A program made the translations under genes and the position numbers. The notes beneath the pieces were generated by a model, which made no database searches, was not told the DNA's origin, and saw nothing but the letters and a program-made list of their open reading frames with translations. 7,908 bases of DNA from Selaginella moellendorffii (lineage: Eukaryota; Plantae; Lycopodiophyta), in the NCBI RefSeq assembly GCF_000143415.4, contig NW_003314318.1, forward strand, positions 1,030,872 to 1,038,779, in the 5' to 3' direction. Each line of letters starts with the position of its first letter. Positions within the stretch are counted from its first letter, which is position 1. Positions 1-7,908 of this stretch are shown here, in pieces.

Positions 1-103
1 GGATTTAGTAGTACTGTGGTTACTAAAAGTAATATGGTGAGGAACTAATGGCTCTAATAAGTTAGTGATAGTGCTTAAAACTAGAGAGGAAAGCCAAACT
101 CAA

Positions 104-124
104 TTTAAGGTTTAGGGTTTAGTG
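104..124 (+). repeat. Three degenerate plant telomere heptamers / telo-box
   Basis: TTTAAGG TTTAGGG TTTAGTG. Contains AAACCCTAA on the minus strand (112-120). Confidence 0.5.
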
Positions 125-138
125 TCATGAATAATGTT

Positions 139-155
139 TGGTGACCATAGTTGGA
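139..155 (+). promoter_or_regulatory. Second tRNA-Arg-like PBS motif, opposite orientation
   Basis: TGGTGACCATAGTTGGA is 14/17 identical to the PBS at 6453-6469 read on its own strand. It is also 14/17 identical to the recalled tRNA-Arg complement. Confidence 0.5.
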
Positions 156-429
156 TCTTTGTGAGTTAGAACTCACCCTCCACAAGCTTAGGAGGCATTA
201 CTTCTTCATGGAAACATATGTAGAAATTGTGATCACAAAAATAAAATAAAGAACTTTGGCCCAATTAATAAAATTTCATCACAAGAAAGAAATGTAAGAC
301 ACCTCTCAAAAAATGTCATCAAATCTGTTAACAAAAATATAGAATTGAATTTTTGGATCTAAGCAGAATTTCTTTTTTAGGGGAGAATTTTCCTCGCTTG
401 AATCTATAGGAGGAATTGTTAAGATCTTT

Positions 430-1240
430 CTAATGTATTATGTCTCAGAATATTATACACTCCATAGTATGAGATTTATATATTTTACTATCATTGAGAT
501 TTTCCTCCACTTCCATATCCCTTACTATCTCTTTTGGAGAAAATACTGAAGGTGGTGGTTCGATGGCAAGGTGAGGCATAGGATACATCTGAGTAGTGTA
601 ATGCTTGTAAATGCACTATAAAAAGATGAAAACTCCCATCTTCTTTTGCCTTCTCTTGCTATTTGTAAAGCAACATTTTTCATTTCAGCCACAAATCTAT
701 TGTAGGTGAAATAAACTATGTTTATTTGCTATTTAATCTCAATAACTTCCAACATGCAGGCTATCTTGATTTTTGTGTTTTGTGCAACTATCCTCCCGTC
801 AATGATGGCACACAACACTTTAAACCTAGTATGATAGTCAAACTTCAAATAGGTGAATTTGCCTCCTCATTTAGATGTGTAGTTTGGGAAAACGTATTGT
901 TCTAGCATGTGATCCTTCTTATTCATCGTGATTATTTCACCCTCATTGTTTAGGCAAAAATTTAAGCAAACTGGGTAAGTCTAAAGGGATGGACTTGCCC
1001 TCAGAAAAGAAAAACATGCTCCTTTGGGTACCACTTTTGCATAAACTCAATCTTTTATTCAATTGCTATTTCTCCTTTAAGTAGCTCCACATAGGCAAAT
1101 AACCCAAAGGTATTAAGCCAAAACTTGTGATAGGGAGAAGGCACAAACTCCCTAGACAGCTTTACTTGGCCATAATTTAACTCCTCATCACCGGATGAGA
1201 TTTCCTCTATATACTTATCTTGCATTGGCATTTTTGCCAT
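430..1240 (-). pseudogene. Decayed retroelement extra ORF, Athila-ORF/Transposase_32-like accessory protein
   Basis: ATG at 1240, read through stops: FGLFAYVELLKGEIAIE*KIEFMQKWYPKEHVFLF*GQVHPFRLTQFA*IF. After a frameshift near 960: CLNNEG...RFKVLCAIIDGR...IEIK*QINIVYFTYNRFVAEMKML, then a Pro/acidic tail (IEPPPSVFSPKEIVRDMEVEE) in a third frame. The pattern GL..F / EF / RG..F / IN recalls plant retroelement accessory ORFs. Family call is by eye. Confidence 0.55.
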
Positions 1241-1767
1241 TTATAGAGATTTTTGTAAGTGAAACACTTAGCATTATGCAATTGAGAAATAAAGTGCGGT
1301 GCCAATAGAGGTACTTAAGAGAGATCTTGCATCAATAGTGCAAGAGTGGAGTCAATGGTTTGTGGCGGTGGTATGAGTACAAATGCTCTTGATCTAATAG
1401 GTGGCAATAGTGGCATTTGCTCTTGCACGGCCCTAAGTGGTGTTTGAGCTACCATACATTGCTTCGGAGTTAAGCTTAAAATGCTGGTGCATCTTGGCAA
1501 AAGTATAAGCGTAGAGTGAGTAAGAGGGAAAGAGTGAGAGAATAAAAGAAGCTCCCTAGCCGCCTCCAAGCTACTTAAGTCACCCTACTTTACTAAGTTA
1601 TCTTAAGCTTTATCTTCTTGCCTTTGTTTATTTTTGTATGCAAATGTATTATGAAATTTTTTTTTCCTTGTTACCCTAGTGATCTCTACTCATTAATCCT
1701 TATGGTTTGTTGGTAGAGTTTATAGAATGGGGCAAACAAAATGTAAACATTACTTTTAGAGTATCTA

Positions 1768-1783
1768 CCCCTTCTTTTCTTTT
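1768..1783 (-). promoter_or_regulatory. Polypurine-tract-like sequence (internal PPT candidate)
   Basis: The minus strand reads AAAAGAAAAGAAGGGG, 16 purines ending in a G run, between pol and the extra ORF. It is truncated by the N gap. Confidence 0.35.
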
Positions 1784-2326
1784 NNNNNNNNNNNNNNNNN
1801 NNNNNNNNNNNNNNNNNNNNNNNNNNNNNNNNNNNNNNNNNNNNNNNNNNNNNNNNNNNNNNNNNNNNNNNNNNNNNNNNNNNNNNNNNNNNNNNNNNNN
1901 NNNNNNNNNNNNNNNNNNNNNNNNNNNNNNNNNNNNNNNNNNNNNNNNNNNNNNNNNNNNNNNNNNNNNNNNNNNNNNNNNNNNNNNNNNNNNNNNNNNN
2001 NNNNNNNNNNNNNNNNNNNNNNNNNNNNNNNNNNNNNNNNNNNNNNNNNNNNNNNNNNNNNNNNNNNNNNNNNNNNNNNNNNNNNNNNNNNNNNNNNNNN
2101 NNNNNNNNNNNNNNNNNNNNNNNNNNNNNNNNNNNNNNNNNNNNNNNNNNNNNNNNNNNNNNNNNNNNNNNNNNNNNNNNNNNNNNNNNNNNNNNNNNNN
2201 NNNNNNNNNNNNNNNNNNNNNNNNNNNNNNNNNNNNNNNNNNNNNNNNNNNNNNNNNNNNNNNNNNNNNNNNNNNNNNNNNNNNNNNNNNNNNNNNNNNN
2301 NNNNNNNNNNNNNNNNNNNNNNNNNN
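1784..2326. other. Assembly gap (543 N)
   Basis: Run of N. Confidence 1.
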
Positions 2327-2401
2327 ATATTATTGACGATCTTATGCATGCACTTAGGTAGCTCTTCATAATGAATCTTTATGAGGGCTTCATCCACGAG
2401 C

Positions 2402-3700
2402 TTATCCATAGATTTTATACCCTAAGATATAGATAATATTTATACTTATATCTTTGTGATACTTCCTTAAATAGTTTAAATTTACTATTGCAGTATCGTC
2501 CTCATTTAAAGTGTGCACTTTAGCCGTTCCTAGAGTTGATCTCTTTGACAAGATAAATAGACCATTCCATTTTCTCTCAAATTTATTTCCAAAAGCATCT
2601 ATTTTACCTTGATACCAATGAATCTTATCTCTTGGTTTAAGCTCGCAAAAGATTTTTAGTTGTCTATCATGTCTAGCCTTTCTGGCTTTTTAAATTGTAT
2701 GCAAGGTCTAAATTAGTCCAAGCTTAAGCTCATCTAAATTTTCTATTTTGGCAAATTTTTGTTCAAGAACTTCTTTTCTATCTAAGCCATTTTTAATTGC
2801 AATATATAAAGAAGGAATTATAAATTCCATAGGTGTTAAAGCTTCCTACCCATAGGTGAGATGAAATGGCATCATGCTTATGGATACTTTATATGCAATT
2901 TTATAAGCCCACAAAGCATCTAGGATTTTCTTATCTCAGTCTTTTTTATTATCATTTACAATCTTTTTCAAGATATTTTTAATCACTTTGTTAGTAGATT
3001 TAGCTTATTCATTCCCTTATAGGTAATATAACATGGATTTTTTGTGTTTAAGAATGAATTCTTATATAAAAATTTCTAATGTTTTATTGATAAAATGGGT
3101 GCCTCTATCCATAATAATTTCCTTAAGCAAACCAAATTTTACAATGATGTTTTCATAAAAGAATTTATCAGTATCAACAGCTAAGGCTTGTTTCATAGGC
3201 ATAACTTCTGCCCATTTAGTCACATAATTAATGGCAACTAATATGTATTTGTTCCTTTTATTGTTTATCACTATAAGACTCACAAAATCCAGTCCTTATT
3301 TGTGAAACACTTCATATAGATATGTAAGAGTTAGTTTGTGGATTTTTTTTTTAAGCAGTAGCAGATGCTTTTAGCAAATGTCATAATTTTTGCAGAAAAT
3401 TGCTGTATCTTTCTAAAATATAAGCCACCATAACCATGCTTATAAAATTTTTCTATCAGTGATTTCTTTTGCAAAATGGCCTTTTGATAGACTTGAGTGA
3501 GCTTTTCTTCATTTCTTTCATCGTGCCTATTAACATGTCTCCTTAATATTCTATTGATGCCTAATTTATATAAGTGCTCCTCCACGATAAAGTAATATCA
3601 TGTTCTCAAAACAAATAACTTCTTTTTCTCTGGCAAATTATAATGGGGTGGAATTGTGCTTGTAGAGAGATAAATTTATATATTTTCCAACCAAGTAGTA
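2402..3700 (-). pseudogene. pol: Retrotransposon integrase (H2C2 zinc finger + rve core + GPY/F region), inactivated
   Basis: Manual translation: LYKLGINRILRR, frameshift near 3510, then one frame from 3499 to 2402. It reads AHSSLSKGHF..WLWW..YDIC (H 3497, H 3476, C>Y 3383, C 3374), K*GLDFV (D 3287), YILVAINYVTKWAE, IIMDRGTHFIN (D 3107), YYL*GNE*AKSTNK (K 2999, with exactly 35 residues between it and D), D*DKKILDALWAYK, PFHLTYG*EA, KWNGLF (2555-2572), VNLNYLRKYH. There are 11 in-frame stops between 3499 and 2405. Confidence 0.96.
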
Positions 3701-3830
3701 AACACGAAAATTGCAAATAAGTGAGCATCTAGGAGTTCATCTACCTTATTACTAAGTGACTCTTTTGTAGTGATACAGTTTAGATAGTTAGCCTAATCAT
3801 GAAATTTTCCAGGTTTATGTACTATAAGCA
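3701..3830 (-). pseudogene. pol: C-terminal end of RNase H and RH-IN linker of pol
   Basis: IVHKPGKFHD*ANYLNCI (HKPGK at 3805-3819) matches the gypsy RNase H terminus 'I.H.PGK.N..AD.LSR'. It is in frame with the start of the integrase. Confidence 0.85.
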
Positions 3831-4089
3831 CTTAGCTTCCTAATCAATTTTGAAATGGGGATAGTTTTCCTCTAAAGGCCAAATGTCCAAAATATTTCTT
3901 ATATAAAAGTATTAGAAATTTCTCAAGCAACAAACGTTGTTTTTCATAGCATATTTATCTTGCTCAGGTGTGGTCCACCTTAAGAGATTTTTACTCCACA
4001 AAATTTTGTTGCCTATCAATCTAAATTCGGAATTGATCCAATTATTAACAAGTATTTTTTTACCTATGGGTATTCAAGCTTTATTGTGG

Positions 4090-4299
4090 ACCATTAAAAT
4101 TCTTATAATAGCTTCTTTGCCTAAAATTCCATAAAATTGTAGCAGTTTTCTACTAAACAGAATTTTATAAAGCCTTTTTAGGTTATAATACTCAAGATTT
4201 ATATCTACCTTAGATAGATAGACTATCTCTTTGTCTAGGAAAAAGCTTAGTACTATTCTCTTTTTGTATAAATAACTCAACAAATATAAATCTCACTTA
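4090..4299 (-). pseudogene. pol: Possible heavily decayed C-terminal reverse transcriptase fragment
   Basis: FFLDKEIVYLSKV..YNLKRLYKI..ILGK then, frameshifted, SYYKNF (4096-4124). This resembles 'F....I.YLGH.I..DP.K..I..FLG..YYRRF' and sits in the expected position upstream of RNase H. Weak similarity judged by eye. Confidence 0.4.
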
Positions 4300-4644
4300 N
4301 NNNNNNNNNNNNNNNNNNNNNNNNNNNNNNNNNNNNNNNNNNNNNNNNNNNNNNNNNNNNNNNNNNNNNNNNNNNNNNNNNNNNNNNNNNNNNNNNNNNN
4401 NNNNNNNNNNNNNNNNNNNNNNNNNNNNNNNNNNNNNNNNNNNNNNNNNNNNNNNNNNNNNNNNNNNNNNNNNNNNNNNNNNNNNNNNNNNNNNNNNNNN
4501 NNNNNNNNNNNNNNNNNNNNNNNNNNNNNNNNNNNNNNNNNNNNNNNNNNNNNNNNNNNNNNNNNNNNNNNNNNNNNNNNNNNNNNNNNNNNNNNNNNNN
4601 NNNNNNNNNNNNNNNNNNNNNNNNNNNNNNNNNNNNNNNNNNNN
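4300..4644. other. Assembly gap (345 N)
   Basis: Run of N. Confidence 1.
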
Positions 4645-4919
4645 CCTTATAACTGTAGAACTAGAAAGAGTGACTATTAATCTTGATAAATCTTGGGCAA
4701 ACCTTTTTTAAATAGATCAACACTAAGGACTAATTTGAATGAGGTGTAAAAATCATTCTGTGAAATTGCCCCATGAAATTAATATAACAGTTAAATTGTC
4801 TAGCACATGATAGTTTATTGTAGATCAATTTGCTTGTAGAATGATGTTAGAAAGCTATTCGAACATATGATAGCTAATTCATGGAAAACTTTGCATTAGA
4901 TCTAAACAAGAATTATTTT

Positions 4920-5768
4920 TTAAGGCAAATTTCTCTTTAGCCTCTTCGCTAACGGGCAGTTATGATCAATACAAGTCTCTGTTGAAGCTTGTATAATAGA
5001 TTTTTGAACTTTGCAGTGTATTTCAAAATTTTTGGGAGTGTTTAAGGCTATTTCACCTTTTTAGAAAAAACCCTTTTTTAATATCTCTAAAATTATTCTA
5101 ATTATTTAGATATCAAAATAACAGTAGTAGTGTCTCCAAGATTGACACGTACGCCTAATAGCAAGCTTTATACCTCTTTCTTCCCTGTTTATAGCATAAA
5201 GCCTCTCGACTGCTTCATTTAACAAAAGTTCGATTAGCACACAAGATGATCTGTGCATTCCAAACGTAGGTGGAAATTGAGTCACAACTCTTACTAGAAT
5301 AGTTGTATAATTTTACCTATATAGAAAATATTCACTAAATGGGAATTCTCTCATGTAAGGAGGTACATACACCTGTGGATTACATTTCACAAAGGGTGGT
5401 TCATGTTTAAAGCAATGAGTATTTCCCTTAGTAATTGAGTGTCACTTAACTAGTTTAAAAGGCAAATTTTCACACCTATTCACTTGTATATTTGTTCTTT
5501 GTCTATACCTCACTTTAGAGGATATAGGGCATGTTTCACATGATTCCTCTTTATAGGGCTAGATGTGATATGAGTGCTCTCAAAATTTATAAGAGAATAA
5601 CACCTTTCACACTGTAAGCTTTCTATATATAAAAGATGAGCTTTAATTAGTTCTCTTAAATGTATTAAGCATAGAGTGGTTTGAACAGTTAGAGTGGTTT
5701 ATGATCATTGTTTTTAAATTTTTACTTCTGAGTCTTGTTCGAGTTTCACAAGCTCTTGCAATATGCAT
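4920..5768 (-). pseudogene. Decayed ORF of unknown function downstream of the PBS (5' extra ORF or unusual Gag N-terminus)
   Basis: One frame of 283 codons from ATG 5768 (MHIARACETRTRLRSK...CETCPI...QVYVPPYMREFPF...ELLLNEAVERLYAINREERGIKLAIRR...CIDHNCPL). It has 8 internal stops, a density similar to that of the decayed integrase. No Gag motif recognised. Confidence 0.42.
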
Positions 5769-6452
5769 TGGAAACTTAAACTCGGGACAAGTCTACTCTC
5801 AAACTGTGTCTGAATAGTTGTCCAAACTAAAAGACTTTGGATAAAAGTCTTGAGATAGCACAATGTTTTAATTATGATTTTGCCTTTATTAAAGCCTTAT
5901 AAAATTTGGGTGAATAATTCGTTAATTTATTCTTCACTAAGGTTGACTCTAACTCTCTTTAAACTGAAGTCAAAGACAAGAGTTACATGTGGCCAATTTT
6001 CTTTCTTGTGTATGCTTAAAAAAATTGTGATACGCTGTTAAAAAATGTATTCTTTAAAAACTGAGAACTCGCTCAGAAGGAAAGAATTCTAGAATAGTCG
6101 ATTGTGTTTTCCACATCAAACAAACTCCATTCCTTCTTCTTTTAAATTTTTCTCAAGAAATTACTAGTTAAATAATTTAAACTTGAGTTTCTTGGCAATA
6201 TATATCGAATTCCAATTTTAAACTCATCCTAAACTTTATGGCTTATATGAGGGTTGAATAGCTATCTTTCTTGCATTGTCTAAACACTAAACCACTGCAA
6301 TCATAAAAATAGCTCATTCGTTTAGTGTTGTCTAAGCTCAAGGCTTTTGCAATCACTAGAAAAATTTACTTGTGATTCCTAGTACTAAGCAAATTTGGAA
6401 TTCACAAGCAATTTTCTCTTGGCTGTTTTTCAAAACAAAGAGTGAAGGTTTA

Positions 6453-6469
6453 TCCCACCATAGTCACCA
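6453..6469 (-). promoter_or_regulatory. Primer-binding site, tRNA-Arg-like
   Basis: The minus strand reads ...TTACTCA CTTT TGGTGACTATGGTGGGA: a CA end, a 4-nt spacer, then TGG. It resembles the complement of a plant tRNA-Arg 3' end as I recall it (TGGCGACCACAGTGGGA), differing by transitions only. It is correctly oriented upstream of pol. Confidence 0.75.
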
Positions 6470-6473
6470 AAAG

Positions 6474-6642
6474 TGAGTAAGGTTTTTTCTACCTATATTT
6501 GTGTTCTTACTACTACCTGCAAAACAATGATTAACAAAGAGAGATGAGAACGTGGAAGAGGAGAAGAGAAGAATAATATAAAAGAATATAAAAAAACTCA
6601 ACTTTGAATCCCAAAGGCATGAGTAAAAATAAGGATATGTCA
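6474..6642 (-). repeat. Probable 5' LTR; internal end at 6474 supported, outer boundary tentative
   Basis: Ends in CA next to the PBS and contains an AT-rich stretch followed by a CT-rich tract (about 6535-6575). A candidate TG start lies at 6642 (TGA...TCA). There is no second copy in the window to confirm it. Confidence 0.45.
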
Positions 6643-6659
6643 CTCTCTCAATTCTACTT

Positions 6660-7600
6660 TGCACAAATAGTCATAGTGAGAGAAAAAATGGTTAATTCAA
6701 TACAAATGCATATAATAGTGAGTGGGGGTTCTTTTCTAGCATGTTTAAGTGCTACTTGTATACTACATGATTTTATAACTGTTTCTAACTGCTTTTCGCC
6801 TAGGTTGGGTCTTTCTTCTTTGGATGCTTAAATTTAAGCATAATTCCATTTTGCCTAAGCTTCCTTCTTCAGCTTTGCTTGGGAAAATATATAAGATAAA
6901 ACATTTACCTCTTCATTAATGGATGATATTGAAATTGCTCTCTTAGTGGTGGTCTAAAGCTTTGCACAAGTTACACTAACCATCATTGGCATCATAGAGA
7001 AAATAAAAGCAAAAGTAAATAGCTCATTGTGATTATAAACTTCAACTAAATTCAAAAAATAATCTAATTTGTATGCTTTATCAAATCTATTATAAAAGTG
7101 TTATGCAACTTTGGTTAGCTTATCAACCATAAATGTGATGAAAAGGTTATTTGGATCTAATTTAATGCTACTATTCTAGCTTTATTATCTATTTTATTCA
7201 TCAATCATGTCTATAAGTCATTTTTTATTTTGATTAACAAAAAAAATGGTACACCTTCAAATTTTATAATTAACCTTCTTCTCATGGACAAGTTCAGCAT
7301 AGCCTTCCTTCATGAAGTTTCAAATCACTATGAGGTTGTGGGGGCACTTGCTGTCCACCTACAATACTAAAATAGTGGTAGAGGTCAAATAATTTTAAAA
7401 TGATAAAAGTGAGAAATATATTCTCATTTAGATATAGTGACAATAAATTTTAATCTTAATTTTTTTTTTATAGCACATATGGTTTTCACCCTTTACCCTA
7501 TCATGATTTATTATAGGATAACCATGGAGCAAAACTTAAATCCTTGAACATATGGGTCAAAGGCAATGGAGTGAACCCAAGTTTCAAAGCCTTGGGCCAT
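6660..7600 (-). pseudogene. Decayed ORF remnant of unknown function, probably transposon-derived
   Basis: MAQGFETWVHSIAFDPYVQGFKF from ATG 7600, after a pyrimidine-rich leader. After a frameshift: LFDLYHYFSIVGGQQVPHNLIVI*NFMKEGYAELVHEKKVNY (about 7266-7391), then a charged helical-looking tail (SQAKLKKEA*AKWNYA...EERPNLGEKQLETVIK). Many stops. Confidence 0.35.
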
Positions 7601-7908
7601 AGAACAAAGGGATAGAGCTAAACTTCTAAACACAGAATTAAGAAGTGAAGGAATTGAAACATAAAATAACTCTTGAATATTCAACTTAAAGAGTAAAAGG
7701 ATAGGAGTACGGAGTGGCATAGGAACAATCCTAGAGCATCCAATATTTTAATGTTATGATCAACACACAAAATGGAGCTAAATAAAGTCTAGTATTATTT
7801 CGATACACCGGTTGTTTAACGTAAGAATATAGGTATGTCTGTCCTTATTTTGCATCTAGCTACAGTCTAATCCCCAGCTTTATATCATGCTAATTGGTGA
7901 AGTATCTA

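Larger units (their letters stand above)
2327..6642 (-). mobile_element. Degenerate Ty3/gypsy LTR retrotransposon, non-chromovirus (Athila/Phygy-like); may extend left across gap 1 to the window start
   Basis: RNase H tail precedes integrase (gypsy order). The linker is Athila-like (DELLDAHLFAI...WLENI*IYL) and the integrase ends without a chromodomain. A PBS and LTR-type CA end lie upstream on the same strand. Outer boundaries are uncertain. Confidence 0.88.

Noticed and set aside
1515-1524. AGTGAGTAAG identical to 6472-6481, suggesting a 3' LTR end
   Set aside because: Similarity stops after 10 bp and the flanks do not align, so it is not an LTR pair.
1686-2409. Three ORFs of over 200 aa in the ORF track
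   Set aside because: They are artefacts of reading through the N gap.
3331-3585. 84-aa ORF as a separate gene
   Set aside because: The first ~25 aa are integrase. The rest is the wrong frame after a frameshift; the HHCC motif is in the adjacent frame.
3850-3985. VDH/LSK...EISNTFI*EIFWTFGL resembling a second integrase fragment, and WTTPEQD resembling RT-RH connection or RNase H motifs
   Set aside because: The readings are mutually incompatible, need indels and have the wrong spacing. They cannot be resolved by eye.
3937-4134. Plus-strand hydrophobic 65-aa ORF
   Set aside because: It is antisense to A-rich pol-region sequence, has a non-ATG start and shows no motif.
6464-6831. 66-aa and 75-aa ORFs over the LTR region
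   Set aside because: They are short and low-complexity, and overlap the PBS/LTR non-coding sequence.
1-7908. Prokaryotic systems (CRISPR array, operon, retron, defence island) or RNA genes
   Set aside because: There are no repeat-spacer arrays, intact ORFs or tRNA/rRNA bodies. The only tRNA-related sequences are the 17-nt PBS motifs.

Overview
AT-rich, CpG-poor eukaryotic repeat DNA with two N-gaps (1784-2326, 4300-4644). It looks like plant heterochromatin; a bryophyte host is a guess. I see no intact host gene. The core is a dead, minus-strand Ty3/gypsy LTR retrotransposon of the non-chromovirus (Athila/Phygy-like) type. Reading leftwards it has a probable 5' LTR end at 6474 and a tRNA-Arg-like PBS (6453-6469). 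A decayed ORF with no recognisable Gag motif follows (4920-5768), then faint RT remnants and the RNase H tail. The integrase is complete but full of stops (HHCC, D-D35-E, GPF; no chromodomain). Beyond gap 1 lie an internal PPT-like tract and a decayed extra ORF resembling the Athila/Transposase_32-type accessory proteins (about 430-1240). The stop codons and the motif losses I could trace fit C>T/G>A transitions. Unexpected features are a second Arg-type PBS in opposite orientation (139-155), up to three non-gag/pol ORF remnants, and too little room for gag-PR-RT. I cannot support a wholly new system; the accessory-ORF cargo is the best lead.
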